Positions 63,139 to 64,000 of a stretch of DNA of 64,000 bases are shown here, in pieces (the stretch's first letter is position 1; each line of letters starts with the position of its first letter). The DNA lies in IMG/VR virus record IMGVR_UViG_2778261510_000005. One strand, written 5' to 3'. This stretch comes from a virus. Its lineage: Duplodnaviria; Heunggongvirae; Uroviricota; Caudoviricetes. Made by a program: the position numbers and the translations under genes. The notes under the pieces are model-generated. The model did not search any database and had not been told where the DNA came from. It saw nothing but the letters and a program-made list of their open reading frames with translations.

Positions 63139-63360
63139 ATGGTTAATGCCAATCCTTGCGCACGCCCTGAATTTATCTGGCGCTTTTACTCCTGCCAGAA
63201 ACGTCACTATCACTTCGTTATCGCACCAACAGAAGATGAGGCACGTTCTCAGCTTCCGGATGCTCCCTGTATTTTCTCTGCCCGCTTTTCTACCGATTCG
63301 CGCAATTCTCTCAGTTACTGGTGCCTCCCTGTTAACGCTTCGGCTCAGGAGGGACTATGA
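63139..63360 (+). CDS. Icd paralog, 73 aa
   Basis: MVNANPCARPEFIWRFYSC..., about 80 percent identical to the copy at 21719..21940. Confidence 0.6.
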   Translation: MVNANPCARPEFIWRFYSCQKRHYHFVIAPTEDEARSQLPDAPCIFSARFSTDSRNSLSYWCLPVNASAQEGL

Positions 63361-64000
63361 GAACGTCATTAGTCACCCGTGAAGAGATGATCGAGGCAAT
63401 TGAACAGCACACTGCCTGTATCAGTACCAGGGATATACCAGGCGTTATTGCCAACTACTTCATGATCACCAAACAACTTTACCGGAGAAAGGACAAACAC
63501 GCGGTTCACCGTATCCTGTTGTCTGATATCCGCGAATACCTGCTCGAACAGGGGCATCTGAATTACGCAACCGTCGCAGCCGAAGCACGCAAGGAGGCAC
63601 ACAGAATGAAAGCAACTAACGTTAAATCAGAAAAAATTCATGCACCTTCAGTTCAGGAATCGGAGCTGGTGGTTGTTCAAAATCAGCCGGATGAAATTCC
63701 CGTTCTGGAATGGCAGGGAGTACGTGTCGTAACAACCGAAACTCTTGCTAAGGGGTACGGAACCGATGAAGGCAATATTCGTAAAAATTTGTCTTGCAAC
63801 TCCGATCGCTTTGAAGAAGGTAAACACTACTTTCTTTTAACTGGTTCAAAATTAAGAGAATTTAAGAACAGAGTTACTTTTAGTAACTCTGTTGGTAAGA
63901 ACGCCAGAAACCTCACTCTCTGGACGGAACGCGGCGCAGCCCGCCACGCTAAAATGATCGAAACCGATCAGGCATGGGCATTCTTTGAAAAACTGGAAGA
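63357..64000 (+). CDS. second antirepressor, 5' 214 codons; gene runs off the window end
   Basis: ATGA overlap with icd paralog, AGGAGG RBS; N-terminal 90 aa paralogous to Ant at 20685, then a different C-terminal domain. Confidence 0.65.
   Translation, partial: MRTSLVTREEMIEAIEQHTACISTRDIPGVIANYFMITKQLYRRKDKHAVHRILLSDIREYLLEQGHLNYATVAAEARKEAHRMKATNVKSEKIHAPSVQESELVVVQNQPDEIPVLEWQGVRVVTTETLAKGYGTDEGNIRKNLSCNSDRFEEGKHYFLLTGSKLREFKNRVTFSNSVGKNARNLTLWTERGAARHAKMIETDQAWAFFEKLE

Overview
This 64-kb window reads as a large segment of a P1-family temperate myovirus that is maintained as a plasmid (phage-plasmid). Protein sizes and order match the P1 layout closely (dmt 754 aa, RepA 286 aa, DarB 2255 aa, Cin 186 aa, Lyz 185 aa, Icd 73 aa, Bof/Lxc 82 aa), but several proteins are clearly divergent, so this is a relative rather than P1 itself. 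All assignments are from reading the sequence and from recalled family knowledge; no database search was run.

Backbone, in window order: a tRNA cluster (Asn, Thr, plus one unresolved tRNA-like element); the dmt-hrdC operon; the plasmid replicon (oriR with DnaA boxes and GATC repeats, incC iterons, repA, incA iterons); parA-parB-parS; head, sheath and tail genes; an immunity-I-like block (c4 RNA, icd, ant, kilA, repL); sit (tape measure with transglycosylase); baseplate and tail-fibre genes with the Cin-invertible C segment; a lyd/dar antirestriction operon; ssb, SAR-endolysin, prohead protease and portal; darB; ulx-lxc.

Cargo and unusual content, most interesting first:
1. A ThsA-like SIR2 protein with an unrecognised C-terminal domain plus a 213-aa upstream partner (60542-62544, minus strand). 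It sits where P1 carries its type III res-mod genes. This is the best candidate for an undescribed defence system.
2. An AT-rich, translationally coupled two-gene operon downstream of repL (17509-18677), with nuclease-like motifs.
3. A second c4-icd-ant module whose antisense recognition motifs are switched in a compensatory way relative to the first copy.
4. An intact IS200/IS605-type TnpB inserted between the lysis and head-maturation genes.
5. A PAAR-like small protein and an overlapped spanin-like pair in the plasmid-maintenance region.

Recurrent 17-bp C1-repressor-type operators and a recurring AACAAGTGA(C/T)T promoter motif tie most of these modules into the phage regulatory circuit.
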